Source: Octopus vulgaris (taxonomy: Eukaryota). Taken from it: DNA of 64,000 bases. The stretch lies in NCBI GenBank assembly GCA_951406725.2, contig OX597817.1, positions 4,898,001 through 4,962,000 on the forward strand, in the 5' to 3' direction. The notes beneath the pieces are model-generated. The model saw only the letters and a list, made by a program, of their open reading frames with translations. It was not told where the DNA came from and ran no database searches. Position numbers and translations under genes: made by a program. Shown piece by piece: positions 12,773 through 26,075 of this stretch (position 1 is its first letter; each line of letters opens with the position of its first letter).

Positions 12773-14651
12773 TAATAATAACAATAATAATTATAATAAT
12801 AATAAAAATAATAATGATGATGATGATGATGATGATGATCATGATCATGATCGTCGTCATTATTTTATACTTATCTAAGATGGAATGATACCAAATTTTT
12901 TCTTAATGAGATTTTGAATACCTCCAAAGAAAGTGAAATATAGCATTCAGCTTCTCAGCTGAATGCTATTCCGTTGAGAAGCGTACTAAGAGTGCCATTT
13001 TTATCCATGTTCATATGTCCATCTTTCGCGAACATCTTCATGTAACAGTGTTACCATCATTTCAGCTATACACTAAATTCCGTTTTTACATTCCTAGATT
13101 TTTGACCAGTTGAAACGTGACATTTAATTTGAGATTGTTAAATACCGAACTTCTACTGGTGTAGACAAGTATACCCTTACTAGTGAAACTCACTAGAATA
13201 TAGACAAGAGAAATCTGAACTGCAGAACTACTTGTGAATATCTTGTTGAGGCAGGAAGAACATTACATTTTACGAGATACATGAATGTAATTGTCTAAAC
13301 ACACTAAATCATGGAACCGTTTAATTAATGCAGTTCAAAAATCGAACACTAATTGTGAGATATATTCATATTTGAAATTAGAATATATAATCAACTAATT
13401 TGCATAGAGGTTAAATACTGAACTGAGCGTTGTTCAGAAGTATACACCTGAGGAAGTCTAAATTACATTCTTTGATTTGTCTGTTTCTTCCGCAAGTTGA
13501 AATATTTCAGTTCCCCATAATAATAATTTTTTTTTCTATTATGGATAAAGGTGAAATTTCTACAGGAAACCCTAATTTTCATGATGTCTTATAAAATGAA
13601 CGCTATATATTACACACTTGCTTTGCTCTTGAAATTAAGATGTAGTAAATAGCATGATGATGCTAAATACATTTTATTGTCAATTTTATTAAGAATATTT
13701 AAAATATATGAGTTTTGAACAAAAATACTTCTAACTGAATAGAATTTTAAGACAATTTTACATAAATGGTTGACGACAGCTTCGACCGATTCGCTTTGTA
13801 AGATTCAGTATATAATACCTAATTTTCTACCGCATAAAGTATGATTGCAATTATTACAAAATGTGCTCGTTGTTACATATTGTATACACTTGAAATTTAG
13901 GATAAAATTGGGAGGATATCAAGGTAGAGGATGTAAGATCAGCTTTATTTGAATTCTTCTTAGAAGGAAGATACTGCTTTCTAACGAATAAAACTCCATG
14001 TATCTATACATGGAGTATGTATGTCTATTTATGTATGTATGTATGTACGAACGTACACACTTATTTGTGTATATATTCATTGTTGTCTATATTCATTGCT
14101 CTGATATTCATCATATATTCAGTAGCATCCATGATATTTTAAAACCAAACACCACCAACATCATGCGTTCCTTTCTACAGGTCTCCTTTCTTCCTTTCCC
14201 TAAATAATGTTCTTTACTCACTTCTATTCTTTATCTAAGACTATCAAAACTTTGCACATCCTACTTTTTCAATCTTCACGCAATCTTTTCTACTCATGAC
14301 TTCTCTTTCTTTCGCTTAAATAACTCTCTTCACACCTGCTTTTATCTATCCCGTGTATTAAATTTTAATTTGTAATATTTAACCATCTCTTCTCACACTT
14401 CTCAATTTGCTTTCCCGAAACATAATTTTCATACTTTGCTAATACCTTTTTTTTCAGGTTACTATGATTTATTATTAGAGAGCAAAATTATTATGTATTA
14501 TATTTTACAATGTTATTATTGCAAATTTAACGATTATGATATTGTTTTTCACGACTGGAAGAACTATTTTATAAAAGATTACAATATGTATACAAGTTTA
14601 AATACAATTCATTAACTTGTGTAGGCGAACATTGTATTTTCCTCACTTTGA

Positions 14652-14970
14652 TGAAGGCGCGCGGATTAGTGGTTAGGGTATTCGGCTCATGATTGTTACG
14701 TCATGAGTTCGACTCCTGGAGGCATATTCTGTCCTTGAGCGAGAGGTTTTATTTCACGCGTCTCCAGTCTACTCATCTAGCGAAAATGAATAGTACTTGT
14801 CTTTCAAAGAGCCAGTCTTGTCACATTCTGTGTCACGCTGAATCTGTCTGAGAACTACATCACGAGTACGCTTGTTGATAGTTCAGCTACTTGCACGTCA
14901 ATTTCATGACCAGTCTGTTCCGTTGATCGGATCAGCTCTAACCCTTGTCGTCGTAACCAACGGAATGCCA
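14652..14970 (+). mobile_element. old tRNA-derived SINE related to 31232-31620
   Basis: A-box attagtggtt and B-box gagttcgactc; 3' half tcacattctgtgtcacgctgaat..ctgttccgttgatcggatc shared with the 31232 copy. Confidence 0.8.
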
Positions 14971-16299
14971 GTTCTTTTTCTCTCCTTTCTTTTAATATAG
15001 ACATAAAAAATAAGCTTGAAAGCCATTTTATTTAACTTTCCTATAAAGATCAAAAGCGGAGTCATATATCCCGATACGTCACTATATTTTACCAGCTCTA
15101 CACTTCTGAGAAACAGCAGAGACTGAATATCTCCCTTATAAATCACAAAATTTCTTTTTACAGACTTAAAACCCTTTTGCTTAATCTTAAAAGTTTTCGC
15201 AGGCTATTAGCAATGGCCAGGTATTATACCTGAATTTTATTTACATTGTTCTTCTTAACTTGTTCACTACTCTCGAAGAATAATCATTCTAATATAATTC
15301 ACCCTTTTCACGAATAGATATGTAACTTCAATTTATTGCCAGCGTGTGAATCCGTCATGGAATTCAATTCATATTATAAAGTATTCCCTTACGCTAACAG
15401 TCTAATTATAATTTCTGTTATAATATTAGAATCCCATAACGTACGGTAATATATTCTAGTTTCCTAATAGCTATCACGAAACATTTCTTTACTAGTAAGA
15501 AATTATTCCACAGCTTTTGACTTACCAAGACAGCTTCCATTAGTTACTATCCATTTCCGTTTATTCTGGTTTTATTCGCATCAATTCAACATCATTGTTA
15601 AAGGTAAAACTTGCTTAATTTTTCTATTGCATTATTTTAATTAAATTTTATTTAAATTATTTGAATAATCGAAATTTTCACGGGTAGTGTGTAATGTAAT
15701 GTAAATATGAATATACACGCGCTCACACACAAACTCATACATATAAATCCCAGGATCTGAAGCTGATACACTGAAAGAGACGCGTGGTTACAAAGTATTA
15801 AGAAGCATAGCTTTTAAAACATTATAAACGCCTTATGTGATCCAATTTTCCATCAGAGCTTTCCATGACAACCTAACTCACAGCCTAAATATCATTCAAC
15901 ACAGGAGTTCAACCTAGTTTAGAAGATAGACTCAAATATGCCACAATCCGATGAATCCTAAGCAGCCCGAAATTTCAAAATCGCTGTCAACTAAACTTTG
16001 AAAAAGATATGCATGGATACGCACACAGGCATCCAAGCACACGCACGCACGCACACACAAATACATACACACTGTATATATGTATATATATATTTATATA
16101 TATGCCCCAGCATGGCCACACCTAGTGAGCTGAAACTAGATATAATAAAAAATAAAATATAAATATATATATATAGTTAATCCGAACATGAAAACGCAAA
16201 GAGAAAACACAACAACGCAATATACATATATATGTGTATGTATGTATATTTACCTATGTGTACATATACTTATATATACACATATATACGCATATACAC

Positions 16300-16350
<51 letters not shown>

Positions 16351-16559
16351 CAGTAATCCCTCACCATATCGCGGTTCACCTATTGCAGTTTATTATTTAA
16401 GGTTACGTCGATTCCGCTGTGGTGTTATGTATTTATAATCATATAGATTATACAAATTAAAAAAGTAATAACATATATATGCAGTACAGTAGAGTTTCTA
16501 CGCGGATTCACCAATGGCGAGGGCTTTTGGAACGTAACACAGCATTAGTCGAGGGAATG

Positions 16560-16560
<1 letters not shown>
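16351..16560. mobile_element. Tigger/pogo-like MITE
   Basis: ta|cagtaatccctc ... gagggaatgc imperfect TIRs. Confidence 0.5.
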
Positions 16561-16590
<30 letters not shown>

Positions 16591-17079
16591 ATATTATCTA
16601 TCGCTTAACATGCATCCATTTCTATGAAACTCTGTCAGATTTTGATTGTTTTATTTTGTTAACATAGCCTGTTATTTCATAAATAATCATCCATAAATTT
16701 TAAGTATTTTACCTACTTACATTAACCAGTTTTTCGGCTAAAGTATTTCAATAATCGTCGCTTTGTTGAAGCCAAGATGGTAAGATTTTATATTCCTTTT
16801 TTTTTTTTTTTTTGACATTTGCAAAGCATCATTTAATATAAAATGCATGCAACTTAAATACAAATGGCCTTTTAGGGAATGCAAAATTTATTAACTTCAT
16901 CGCAATTTTATTTTCAGAAAACAGATTTCATATTAGGCACATTTTAATTGGGGAATTATGGAAAATTTAGTTTTACTCAGCGAAAGTATAATAAATAATA
17001 CTTCGATATTTTCTAACTATAAAATAATGAAAACATTTTAAACCAGAGTCTGCAAACTCAGTGAATATCTTGAACACTC

Positions 17080-17480
17080 TCTTTACTCTTTTACTCGTTT
17101 ACTCTTTTACTTGTTTCAGTCATTTGACTGCGGCCATGCTGGAGCACCGCCTTTTTTAATCGAGCAACTCGACCCCGGGACTTATTGTTTTGTAAGCCCA
17201 GTACTTATTCTATCGGTCTTTTTTGCCGAACCGATAAGTAACGGGGACATAAACACACCAGCATCGGTTGTCAAGCCATGCTAGGGGGACAAACACAGAC
17301 ACACAAACACACCCACGCATATATATATATAAATATATACGACGGGCTTCTTTCAGTTTCCGCCTACCAAATCCACTTACAAGGCTTTGGTCGGCCCGAG
17401 GCTATAGTAGAAGACACTTGCCCAAGATGCCACGCAGTGGAACTGAACCCGGAACCATGTGGTTGATAAACAAGCTACTT
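17080..17480 (-). mobile_element. tRNA-derived SINE (octopus OK/OR-type); head split by the 17481-19674 insertion and continuing at 19675-19705
   Basis: B-box-like ggttccgggttcagttcc on minus; 5' head gagtggctgtgaggtaagtagcttg at 19675-19700; (gagtaaaa)-type tail. Confidence 0.85.
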
Positions 17481-19674
17481 TATTTCAAAACATTTGCCAT
17501 AAAGGCAGTACACATATTAAGTTAGCTTTGCGGGCTGGACGAGGACATTAATGAAGTGAATGATAATGAAAGACAGATGATAAGGATGGGAGAAGACAAA
17601 AACCGCCCGCCGACTTTCGCTTCTCTAAAACATTGTTCTTTTTAAAGATAAACACAAAACGAGGTATTAAACCTCTTACAATTTTTCCAATTTTTGGACT
17701 TAGCAGTCCATTATTAATACTAACAGTTCAATAATTACATATCGTCCTCGAAATAGCTTGTGCCCGCGCCCTCCACCATCAACCACGCCCCCTCAGAACG
17801 TAATCAAGTTCCGAGTGCGCGTCGCCCGGGACCAAGCTATAATCTTCATTGAGCTCCTTTAGCCCAAGCGTTACGTCGAACGCCACGGCCTCCACAGCTA
17901 TCTGCGGAGGCCATTCGGGGTCGTGTGAAGGCTAAAGGTGCTCCCTTGTGGTGCTCTTCCATCATTTTTTTTCAATTTCTCCTCCTCTATAGAAGAGGAC
18001 CAATACGTTCAGTTCTTTCGTTGGCGGCACAGTCCCCGCCAACGGTGTTCCTTCTCTTGTCGGTGGCACAACCCCAACCGACGTAGTTCCGGGACATTCC
18101 GGTGCTACACTGACAGCCGGTAATGTCCCGTTTTTCTTCCTCTTTTTCTTTTTTTTTCCCTTTTCAACTGAGGGAGGGTGCGTCTCCTCCGTGGCTGGAA
18201 GATTCGCCTTCCTCTCCTCATCCCTATTATCCTTTGGTGAGCACCCATTGTTGCTCACCTTCCTCTTTCGGCCTCTGTTTGAGGAGTCCTCTGCTTTCTC
18301 GGCCGTTATCGTTCCCTCTTCTAGAGGGGTTTTACTTAACTGTTCCGGGATCCTATTTTGTTCCCGAGGACAGTTCTTCTTTATGTGGCCGGACTCCAAG
18401 CACCGATGACACTTAGGGGGGCGACCCTCAAGCATCACCGGGTACCTGCACCCGGCCATTTTCAAAAAATCTGGAAGAACCAGATTGGCTGATTGGGTCC
18501 ACAGGGTCAAAATTGCTTTTGACCCAACCCAAGCAGCCGCAGGAAGAACTTTTACATTAAGGAGCTTAGTTTCGCTGCCACCCAGACCCCGGCGGATAGT
18601 CTCCTCTATCCACTCGGGTTCTATGTCGGGTGGCAGCCCGCAAATCCAAGCTTTCATCAATTTCTTTTTTTGTACGTGGGCAGGAATAATATTTCCTTAC
18701 CCTCCAGGGGTTTGCTAGCAAATTTGCAAGCCTCTTCAGGGGTGTCAAATAGCAACCACACCGTTGCATATTTGACACCCCTGGAAATGAATTTAATTGT
18801 TGGCAAATACTCTTCCAACTCCTTTTCAATTGCCGTCTTTTCGAATAGGGCGATGATGTCGAGTGCCTTGGAGTAGGTTCTCAACACCACCGTCCTATCT
18901 TCACGGTCTTTTAACCACTTTTTAGGTGGTATGATTTCCCATTCCAAAATTTTGTTATTTTTCATTGCCATGTTTTTTTTTAAATATATTCAAATTAAAC
19001 TCAAAAAGCAAGAAGAAAAAGTTCAAAAGTCCAAATAAAATTTGATAGATTTTTGAAAAAACAAAAAGGAGAAAGCACAACAGAAGGGAAGAAATCAACG
19101 GAAAGTCGCAATAAAGAAAAAAAAACAAAAGGGGGGTTAAATGAAGTTCAAAAGAAAGTTAATAAACAGAAAAAACACAGCAAAAATATTCTGGCGTTGC
19201 GGTACTCCCGGCCTGGGTTGAACCTGGAACGCCGCAACTGCAACACAACCTCCACAAAAATGGGTCCGAAAGGTAATCCAATAGTGGCTTATTTTTATAA
19301 TTTTCTTGCGAAGTACTCTGACAAGGGAATAAATTCAACAAACCCAAACACAGCACTGGCTACCGCCAACGGTAATTTTAACAGTAACTGTATTGAATTC
19401 CGAGGATACGTCCCTCCACTGTTTTTTCTTTTTTTTTTCAATGAACACAAAAACGGCAGCCGCCGAGAGCAGGCGATATTGTCTCAGAGTTGGACACAAC
19501 TTACTGAAATAATAATTGGCACGCAATAAATTATGCCCAACTCACAATAAACAAAATCACTTACCTCGACAACTTTCCGTTTTTGGTCTTTTTTCTTTAA
19601 TTGGACGGAGCTGGTTGACTCGCGTCCACTCTGGCTGAACAGGAAGCAACTGACTAACTGCGCATGTGTGTTAG
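17481..19674 (-). mobile_element. ORF1-only (HAL1-like) L1/Tx1-type non-LTR element with 10-bp TSD
   Basis: TSD caagctactt at 17471-17480 and 19675-19684; single gag-like ORF; aataaa at the 3' junction; no RT or APE sequence. Confidence 0.8.
17962..18971 (-). CDS. LINE ORF1/gag-like nucleic acid-binding protein, split by one frameshift in an A7 run near 18665
   Basis: RRM-like segments (TVWLLFDTPEEACKF; AWICGLPPDI), zinc knuckle CHRCLESGHIKKNC, basic K/R tracts; ORFs 18657-18971 and 17962-18660 join if one A is added. Confidence 0.75.
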
Positions 19675-21039
19675 CAAGCTACTTACCTCACAGCCACTCC
19701 TACACCTATTTCATTTACTGAGATAAGTTAATTTCCATAAGCAACATTCATAATGAAAGATCTATTTTCATTATCATGAAGCGACGTTTTGATAATTTCA
19801 GGGAGCTTTGTCTGCTATTTTTAGCAGGTATGGATACCAGAGAAAAGCTCATGTGAGTGCGAGCTTGCATGTTAGCAACTTTTCTGACAGACCAAGAATA
19901 TCAAAGAGATTTATAAGGTTTCTCCTTGGTATGTAGGTGAAATCACTTAGCTTATGCTACCTCATACATACAGTAGCAAATCAGAAGTGTCAGGGAATCA
20001 TTTTTATTCCCAAGATGTGTTTTGTTATGACTTTTTGAAAATTTATAAATTTTTGTATATCAACAAATATTTAAGTGGAATATATTATATTTGTTTTACA
20101 AGTAGCAGAAATTAATGTTATACATTAATTTGTTGTACGAAATAGTTTCTCATCACCAAAAATAAGCAGTTCTAAGTGTTACAAAAAATTCCATTGAATA
20201 AAACAAAATACGTTCAGAACAACTTTCCTGCTGAATAAACAGTTTTATCGACTGAAAGTTTTTGTAAATCAATTGCTATTTTTGTTATGTTTCTCCTTCT
20301 TCTTGACTGCTCGACATTTTCATCTGTTTCCTTTTTACATACAATTTATTGTTTAGTAGAGGGTGAAATATTTATATGCATTCTATTTTCGGTGGTAAGA
20401 AAAAATGATTTTGACCAAAAGTAAAATATGAACGTTATTTTTCTTGCATTGCATATTGTGAAGGCAATAAAATTGAATACATCGACTGCTTTTTAATTTG
20501 TTTCGCAAAATAAATTTTCAGGAAATCTTTGATCACGTATTTATGAGAGAATCGGCAAATTATGACGTCATAATAGAGGTGTATCGACATTTTTAAACGA
20601 AATAAAATGTAATGGAAAAATATCACATAATACCTACCTTTTAATTTGCCGTGTTGAAAATTCGATAGAAATAACGTTACAATACATAATTTTCACATTC
20701 TACAAAACGCCTGGTTTCGTGAAATCATTGAAATAGCGCGATGAACAGACAAATGAACGAACGATCAGAGAATCATGGCTCTTTTATTATAAATTCGAGT
20801 CCATTTCACGTCTGTAAATGTTTGATTTTGATCAATATGTCATTATTTTCTAACATTCACAACAAAAATATTTCCTTCATTTGTAGTCCAGTGACATATA
20901 TACATAGATGTTAAAATAGAAAAAAAGTGATCTTACTCGATATTATATTGCTTCGGTTTCGAAATACGGTTACAAATCAACTCACTTTTGAAAAAAGGTA
21001 CAACTTCGAAATGCACGTGCACACACACAAACACACACA

Positions 21040-21095
<56 letters not shown>

Positions 21096-21554
21096 TAAGT
21101 ATATGTATATAGTATGTGGAGAGGCATATTTTCCAGTAATCCTGAATTGAAAGTACAACTGTTCTCTAACTTTAATTTTCTTTATCACGATTTTTCATAT
21201 TTTAGAATGATATCTTTGAAATTTTTAACACCATATTTTTCAGACACGTTCTTAATATATCTAAATCTTTGTAGCCACATATTCTGTACAAACAAGCTGG
21301 CATGCTTCACTGTAGTTCAATAGTAAAAAGTGGTTATGTTACTGGCGTAAACTTACGGGTGCTGAATTTTCATCCTCACTCGACCCCATAACAAACACAT
21401 TAACACCTGCCACCTCCCTTACCATTGCACACATATAAATTTTTACACATTGCACACAGTAAAAATTATGTGGTGTAGTCGAGTGAACTTAGAGGATTGA
21501 CGATATAAATAAGTTAATTAAATCAAATTACTGTCTGTGATAATCTATTTTTAA

Positions 21555-21760
21555 TAATCTTTTCTACTATAGGCACAAGACTTGAAATTTGCAAGGAGCG
21601 TGTAAGTCGATCGCATTGACCTCAGTATTTGACTGCAACTTAATTTATTGACCCCAAAATGATGAAAGGTAAAGTCGACCTGAGTAGAATTTGAACTTAG
21701 CGAAACACCGCTAAACATTTTGCCCGTACTGCTAATGATTCTGCCAACTCACCATCTTAC
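21555..21760 (-). mobile_element. degenerate tRNA-derived SINE
   Basis: ctttctactataggcacaag..gatgaaaggtaaagtcgacc..gaatttgaact..ctaatgattctgcc, shared with 30510-30985 and 40360-40517. Confidence 0.7.
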
Positions 21761-22129
21761 AATCTATCTTTAATAATAGCAATTATGCATAGTATTCGAA
21801 ATGTCATTTATATGCCATGTTTTCACACAGCCACTCTTCATTACCAGAGTTTTGGATTCACAACTTTAACAAACACCACATCTTTAGAAAAAATCCATGA
21901 ATAAGAAATGTTCATGTAACTTTCGTAAGCTCTCTCCATGTGATACCAACTTACTTGATTATGCAAAAGAAGATTTTTGAGACACTTTTCATGGCATATA
22001 ATAATGCATAAATCGAAAACCGGATGCATACTTGCAGATAATCGTGAATATCGCAGCGGATTTTTTTTTTACAAAGTATAGTCTGTATAATTCCGAATGT
22101 ATACTGCAAACATCACATTCTATTTTCTG

Positions 22130-22740
22130 TTGGAAAGCTGACATCCTTGGAATCTACCAATCATGATTTGCAAAACTTTCTTTCAATGGCTTAAAGAATT
22201 AGAGTAAAGTGCCATTAAAGTGAAGCACCATTAGAGTAAAGCGCCATCATGTTGTTATGATGAATTGCATCTTATATCAAATACTTTCCAAACAAAAGAA
22301 AACCGTTGGAGGTTTTAAGACATTTTGACGAATAGAAATCTATGAACAATGCATGTTTTACTGAGACTACGTTTGTTACGTTAGGCAAGTATTTATTCGC
22401 CTCTATTCATCCTATTGGATCGAAGATAGACTTACTTTTTCTTCAATAATTTTGACAGTCCATCAGTATGACATTGCACTGTGGAGTTATGCAGAGCCAT
22501 AACTTCAAGAATACGTTCAGATATCTTCCCTATAAGGGTTTCTATGACTTCTTTAACAGCTGGTACAATAAACATTTTAACCGTATTTGGTACTCCACTC
22601 CTAGCTACGTTAAAAGATTTATTGCTAGAAGCATCACTCTCCATTTCAATATCAGTATGTCATGATGACATGAAAAGAGACAGGAATGTTGGGTACGTTT
22701 CAAAACCGTTGAATGCCTTGAAAAGTTCATATTAATATAC
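22130..22740 (-). pseudogene. hAT (Charlie/Buster, ZBED5/SCAND3-like) transposase relic
   Basis: ORF 22432-22644 ASSNKSFNVARSGVPNTV..IVPAVKEVIET..LHNSTVQ resembles the Buster motif ASY..IA.SGKPHTIGE.LI.PA.KE..LSNNTVQRRI. Confidence 0.7.
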
Positions 22741-23409
22741 TTAACATGAATGTGTCCATTGTGGGTATCTTTCATCTTTGAACACTACATTACATCATCA
22801 CAAAGTATTTTGACATAACAAACAGATACTGATTCATTAGCGATCGAATAAATAAAATCTAATTTCAAATATTTCTATAAATATTGCACATATATTTTGC
22901 GCATTGAGTGATGACATGTTGTAAAATTAATTATCTACAATAAAACAACCAAAACGTCTTAAACAGGAATGTCATATAAACAGAAATTGGCCTCTCGAAA
23001 GTTGGCTCAATAAATAACAAATCTATGACTAAATTGCAAAATTACGCATTTCAATAAATCTTTTTCTACTTGTCATTCGAGGGATCAATTTCGTCATAGA
23101 AACATAAAACACACAAACACGTGCAAAAGTGTGTTTGTGTTTTTGTACATTCTTATATTTTACGTGCATTCATACTGACATCAATCCATCCATCCATCCA
23201 TCCACCCATATATACATACATGCATATATACATACATACGTACACACTTACATATATGCACACATACGTACACATGATACATACATGTATACATACAGAG
23301 ATGCATCCAAGCATACATATAGGCATACCTACCTAATTACATACAGACATACATACGTACATACATAGATACATACATACACACATACATACATACATAC
23401 AGACATACA

Positions 23410-23645
23410 CAACTGGCCAGATATCTATGGGCTATTGATAAGCAGTTTGGAAACCTGGTACCCAAGTTACACTTAGAGTTTCATACATAATTATTGGACC
23501 AACGCTACACCGACCAGTCTAGTGCAAAATATGGCTGAGCTTGGGACACGGAGATCTTGCAAATCCGTATTTCATAATCTACAAATGATCACGATATCTG
23601 GAACTACAAAAATCTTCCAGATCATCGTAAGATTTAAATGATGAT
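23410..23645 (+). mobile_element. decayed 3' end of an RLE LINE related to 23790-24903, in (TACA)n
   Basis: translates YGLLISSLETWYP..LQMITISGTTKIF, paralleling YAELMRNLQLFYP..ITGTVKIY of the adjacent copy. Confidence 0.55.
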
Positions 23646-23789
23646 GGTTAAAAAAAGATACTTACTATCACAACATAGCTACGCCGTAGCGGGTTCGTGA
23701 AAATTTACTCTGAATTGGAAAAGCGAAAGCGAACATACATAAATACATACAAAATGACGGTGCCCCAGCATGGCCACAGCCATATATAT

Positions 23790-24903
23790 AAGATTTGGAG
23801 GGCCGCTCCTTGAGCAGCACTCTTTGTCTGATAACCTTAAATACATGCCCAAAGAAGTCGCAGAACTCTACCCCCAACATATCATCAAATGAAAGGATGA
23901 GCCTATATATGAAGAAGAAAATGCATAGATATGTTAGAAGAGAGCTCTGTGATGATAGTATCATCGATTATCAAAGCATTTTATCATGGACGAATAGCCG
24001 AATTACCACCTCCCACTTTGAACGGTATACGTTTGCAATCCAGGAAAGGAGATATCAACCAAGTACCTGATGCACAAAAGGGATAGAGATGCATCAAAAG
24101 CCGTAAAATGTGACGACTGATGCAGACTTTGTGGATAACTCACTGAAGATATCACTCACATCATAACCAGTTGTCTGAAAATGTTATCACGGTATTATCT
24201 ACTGATGAGCCATGACATTGTAGCTACGACACTCTATAATGAAATCCGTCGGAAGGATAATCCTGAGGGCAAAGAAATAAAGACCCACAATATGGTAGAA
24301 ACCATAGCTACTCATAATAAAAAGTAACACGGGTGGAATGTACCAGTGAAGACCTCAGCAAAAGCTAAGCACAACAGATCAGATATAATGATTTCGGAGG
24401 AGAAGAGAAACTGTGCACAGTTGTGGAGATTAACTGCCCAGCGGATGTTAACAAAGCTGAACATCAGTGGAAAAGAGAACACCTATGCTGAATTAATGAG
24501 AAATCTGCAGTTATTCTATCCAGATTACAAGTTAAGGTTTATACCTGTAATTATTAATGCCCTGGGGTATGTAACACACTATCTAAATGCCAATCTTGAG
24601 AAATTAGGCTTCTCAAAACCAGAAAGGCGAAAGCTAATCTGAAAACTATAGATCCGATCCATCACTGGAACTGTAAAAATCTATAAAGCTTTCCAGAATT
24701 TTATCATTTAAATATATATGAGCATGTCTAGATATGCAACTATATGCATGAGAATACATACATACATCCCTACATGCATACAAACAAACAAAAATACCCT
24801 GTTGTTGATGCTGAAATTCCAATAAAGGAACCTTAGATCTAGGTTAGAAACCTAGAAGTCCTTTCTGTATTGGCATGAAATATTGAAATGAACTGAATAA
24901 TAA
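23790..24903 (+). mobile_element. 5'-truncated degenerate R4/NeSL-type (RLE) LINE adjoining (TACA)n
   Basis: remnants FAIQE, CRLCG..EDITHIITSC, HDIVA, HNRSDIMI, IPVIINALG; 3'UTR ends aactgaataataa then (TACA)n. Confidence 0.8.
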
Positions 24904-25079
24904 CATACAGGCATGCATACATACATACATACATACATACATACATACATACATACATACATACATACATACATACATAGATCGGTACATAAATCTGTTC
25001 CCTTTTGTCCATTATCTTAATCCTTATACTTTATCAACAATGTTAAGAATTTATTTAATAATATATTCTCCTCCGTTGT

Positions 25080-25800
25080 TGATGACATCTTGCCAACATT
25101 CCACTACAATGTAAAGACTTTGATTGTAGAAATCACTGAGTCTCGACTCGAAAATTTCATCGAGTCACGTTTTCATTTCCACGGCATTGTTGAATGAAAT
25201 GCCTCGCAGTCCGTTGAAGAGCGGCTAAAGTATAATAGTCCGAAAATGCTACATTAGGACGATACGGTGGTGGTGTTAGAATGTCCTAAACGAGCTCCGA
25301 ACAAAATGTTTGGTCAAATTAGCGATGTAAGTTCGATCGTTGTCGTTTTGAAGAAGCACATGGTTTCACCGATCTTATCGATTCGGCTAGATTGCCTTAT
25401 TGAGCAGGAGAATTTGCTAAACGTCAAGCTCTACATTGACCGGGTGATTGTTTACATGCATTTTCAGGAGCATTATTTCTTCCCAGTCCCACCAAGCGCT
25501 GATCACGGTCATGGATGAATGCAACCTTTGCTTGGTTCGAGACGCTGATTGTCAGTGTTCAGCCGATCTTCTCTCCTATTCATAACTGACCTAAAGACGC
25601 CATTTGTCATCGTCAGTAATGCATTGATAACGTTTAGCCTGATATCGTATCGAGGGAACGAGCAAACAGACGGCCGTAGAGGAGACTAGAATTTGTTTCA
25701 TTCGTTTAGAGCACGTGGAATTTAGGCATTGAGGTTTTGGGCTTCAATTATCGAGTGAAGGTGGTGGCCGACTGTATCACGAGAGAGAATTACGAGCATT
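25080..25800 (-). pseudogene. mariner transposase relic
   Basis: minus strand ITDDDKW (ITGDEKW-like) near 25600 and VLLQNDNDR (HDNARPH-like) near 25340. Confidence 0.6.
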
Positions 25801-25817
25801 TCCTAGATTGGCGTGGA

Positions 25818-26075
25818 TCATCGTGGATAGCTAGTTCTACGAATCTTCTCAAGAGATGAACTGGTGGCCGGTACGCAGAGATAATGTGAGGTTGAATTTC
25901 CCCATTTCTTAGCATGGAAATCAAGTCCGTGCAGTTCTTTCAGTAATGGCGGTTTCTCCATACACGACACAAATGCTGCGAGCAGCTTTGGTAGCTTTGG
26001 TATTTTCATTGAAAGCGAAGAAAAGTAGGAGTCGAAAATGGTTAATTTATTTATTTTTGCTTTGCTGTCTATCAT
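25818..26075 (-). pseudogene. possible hAT C-terminal dimerisation-domain relic
   Basis: YLCVPATSSSLEKI resembles the hATC motif L..PATS..SER.FS. Confidence 0.45.

Noticed and set aside
19053-19529. 158-aa plus-strand ORF
   Set aside because: Antisense to the T-rich 5'UTR of the ORF1-only element; composition explains the open frame
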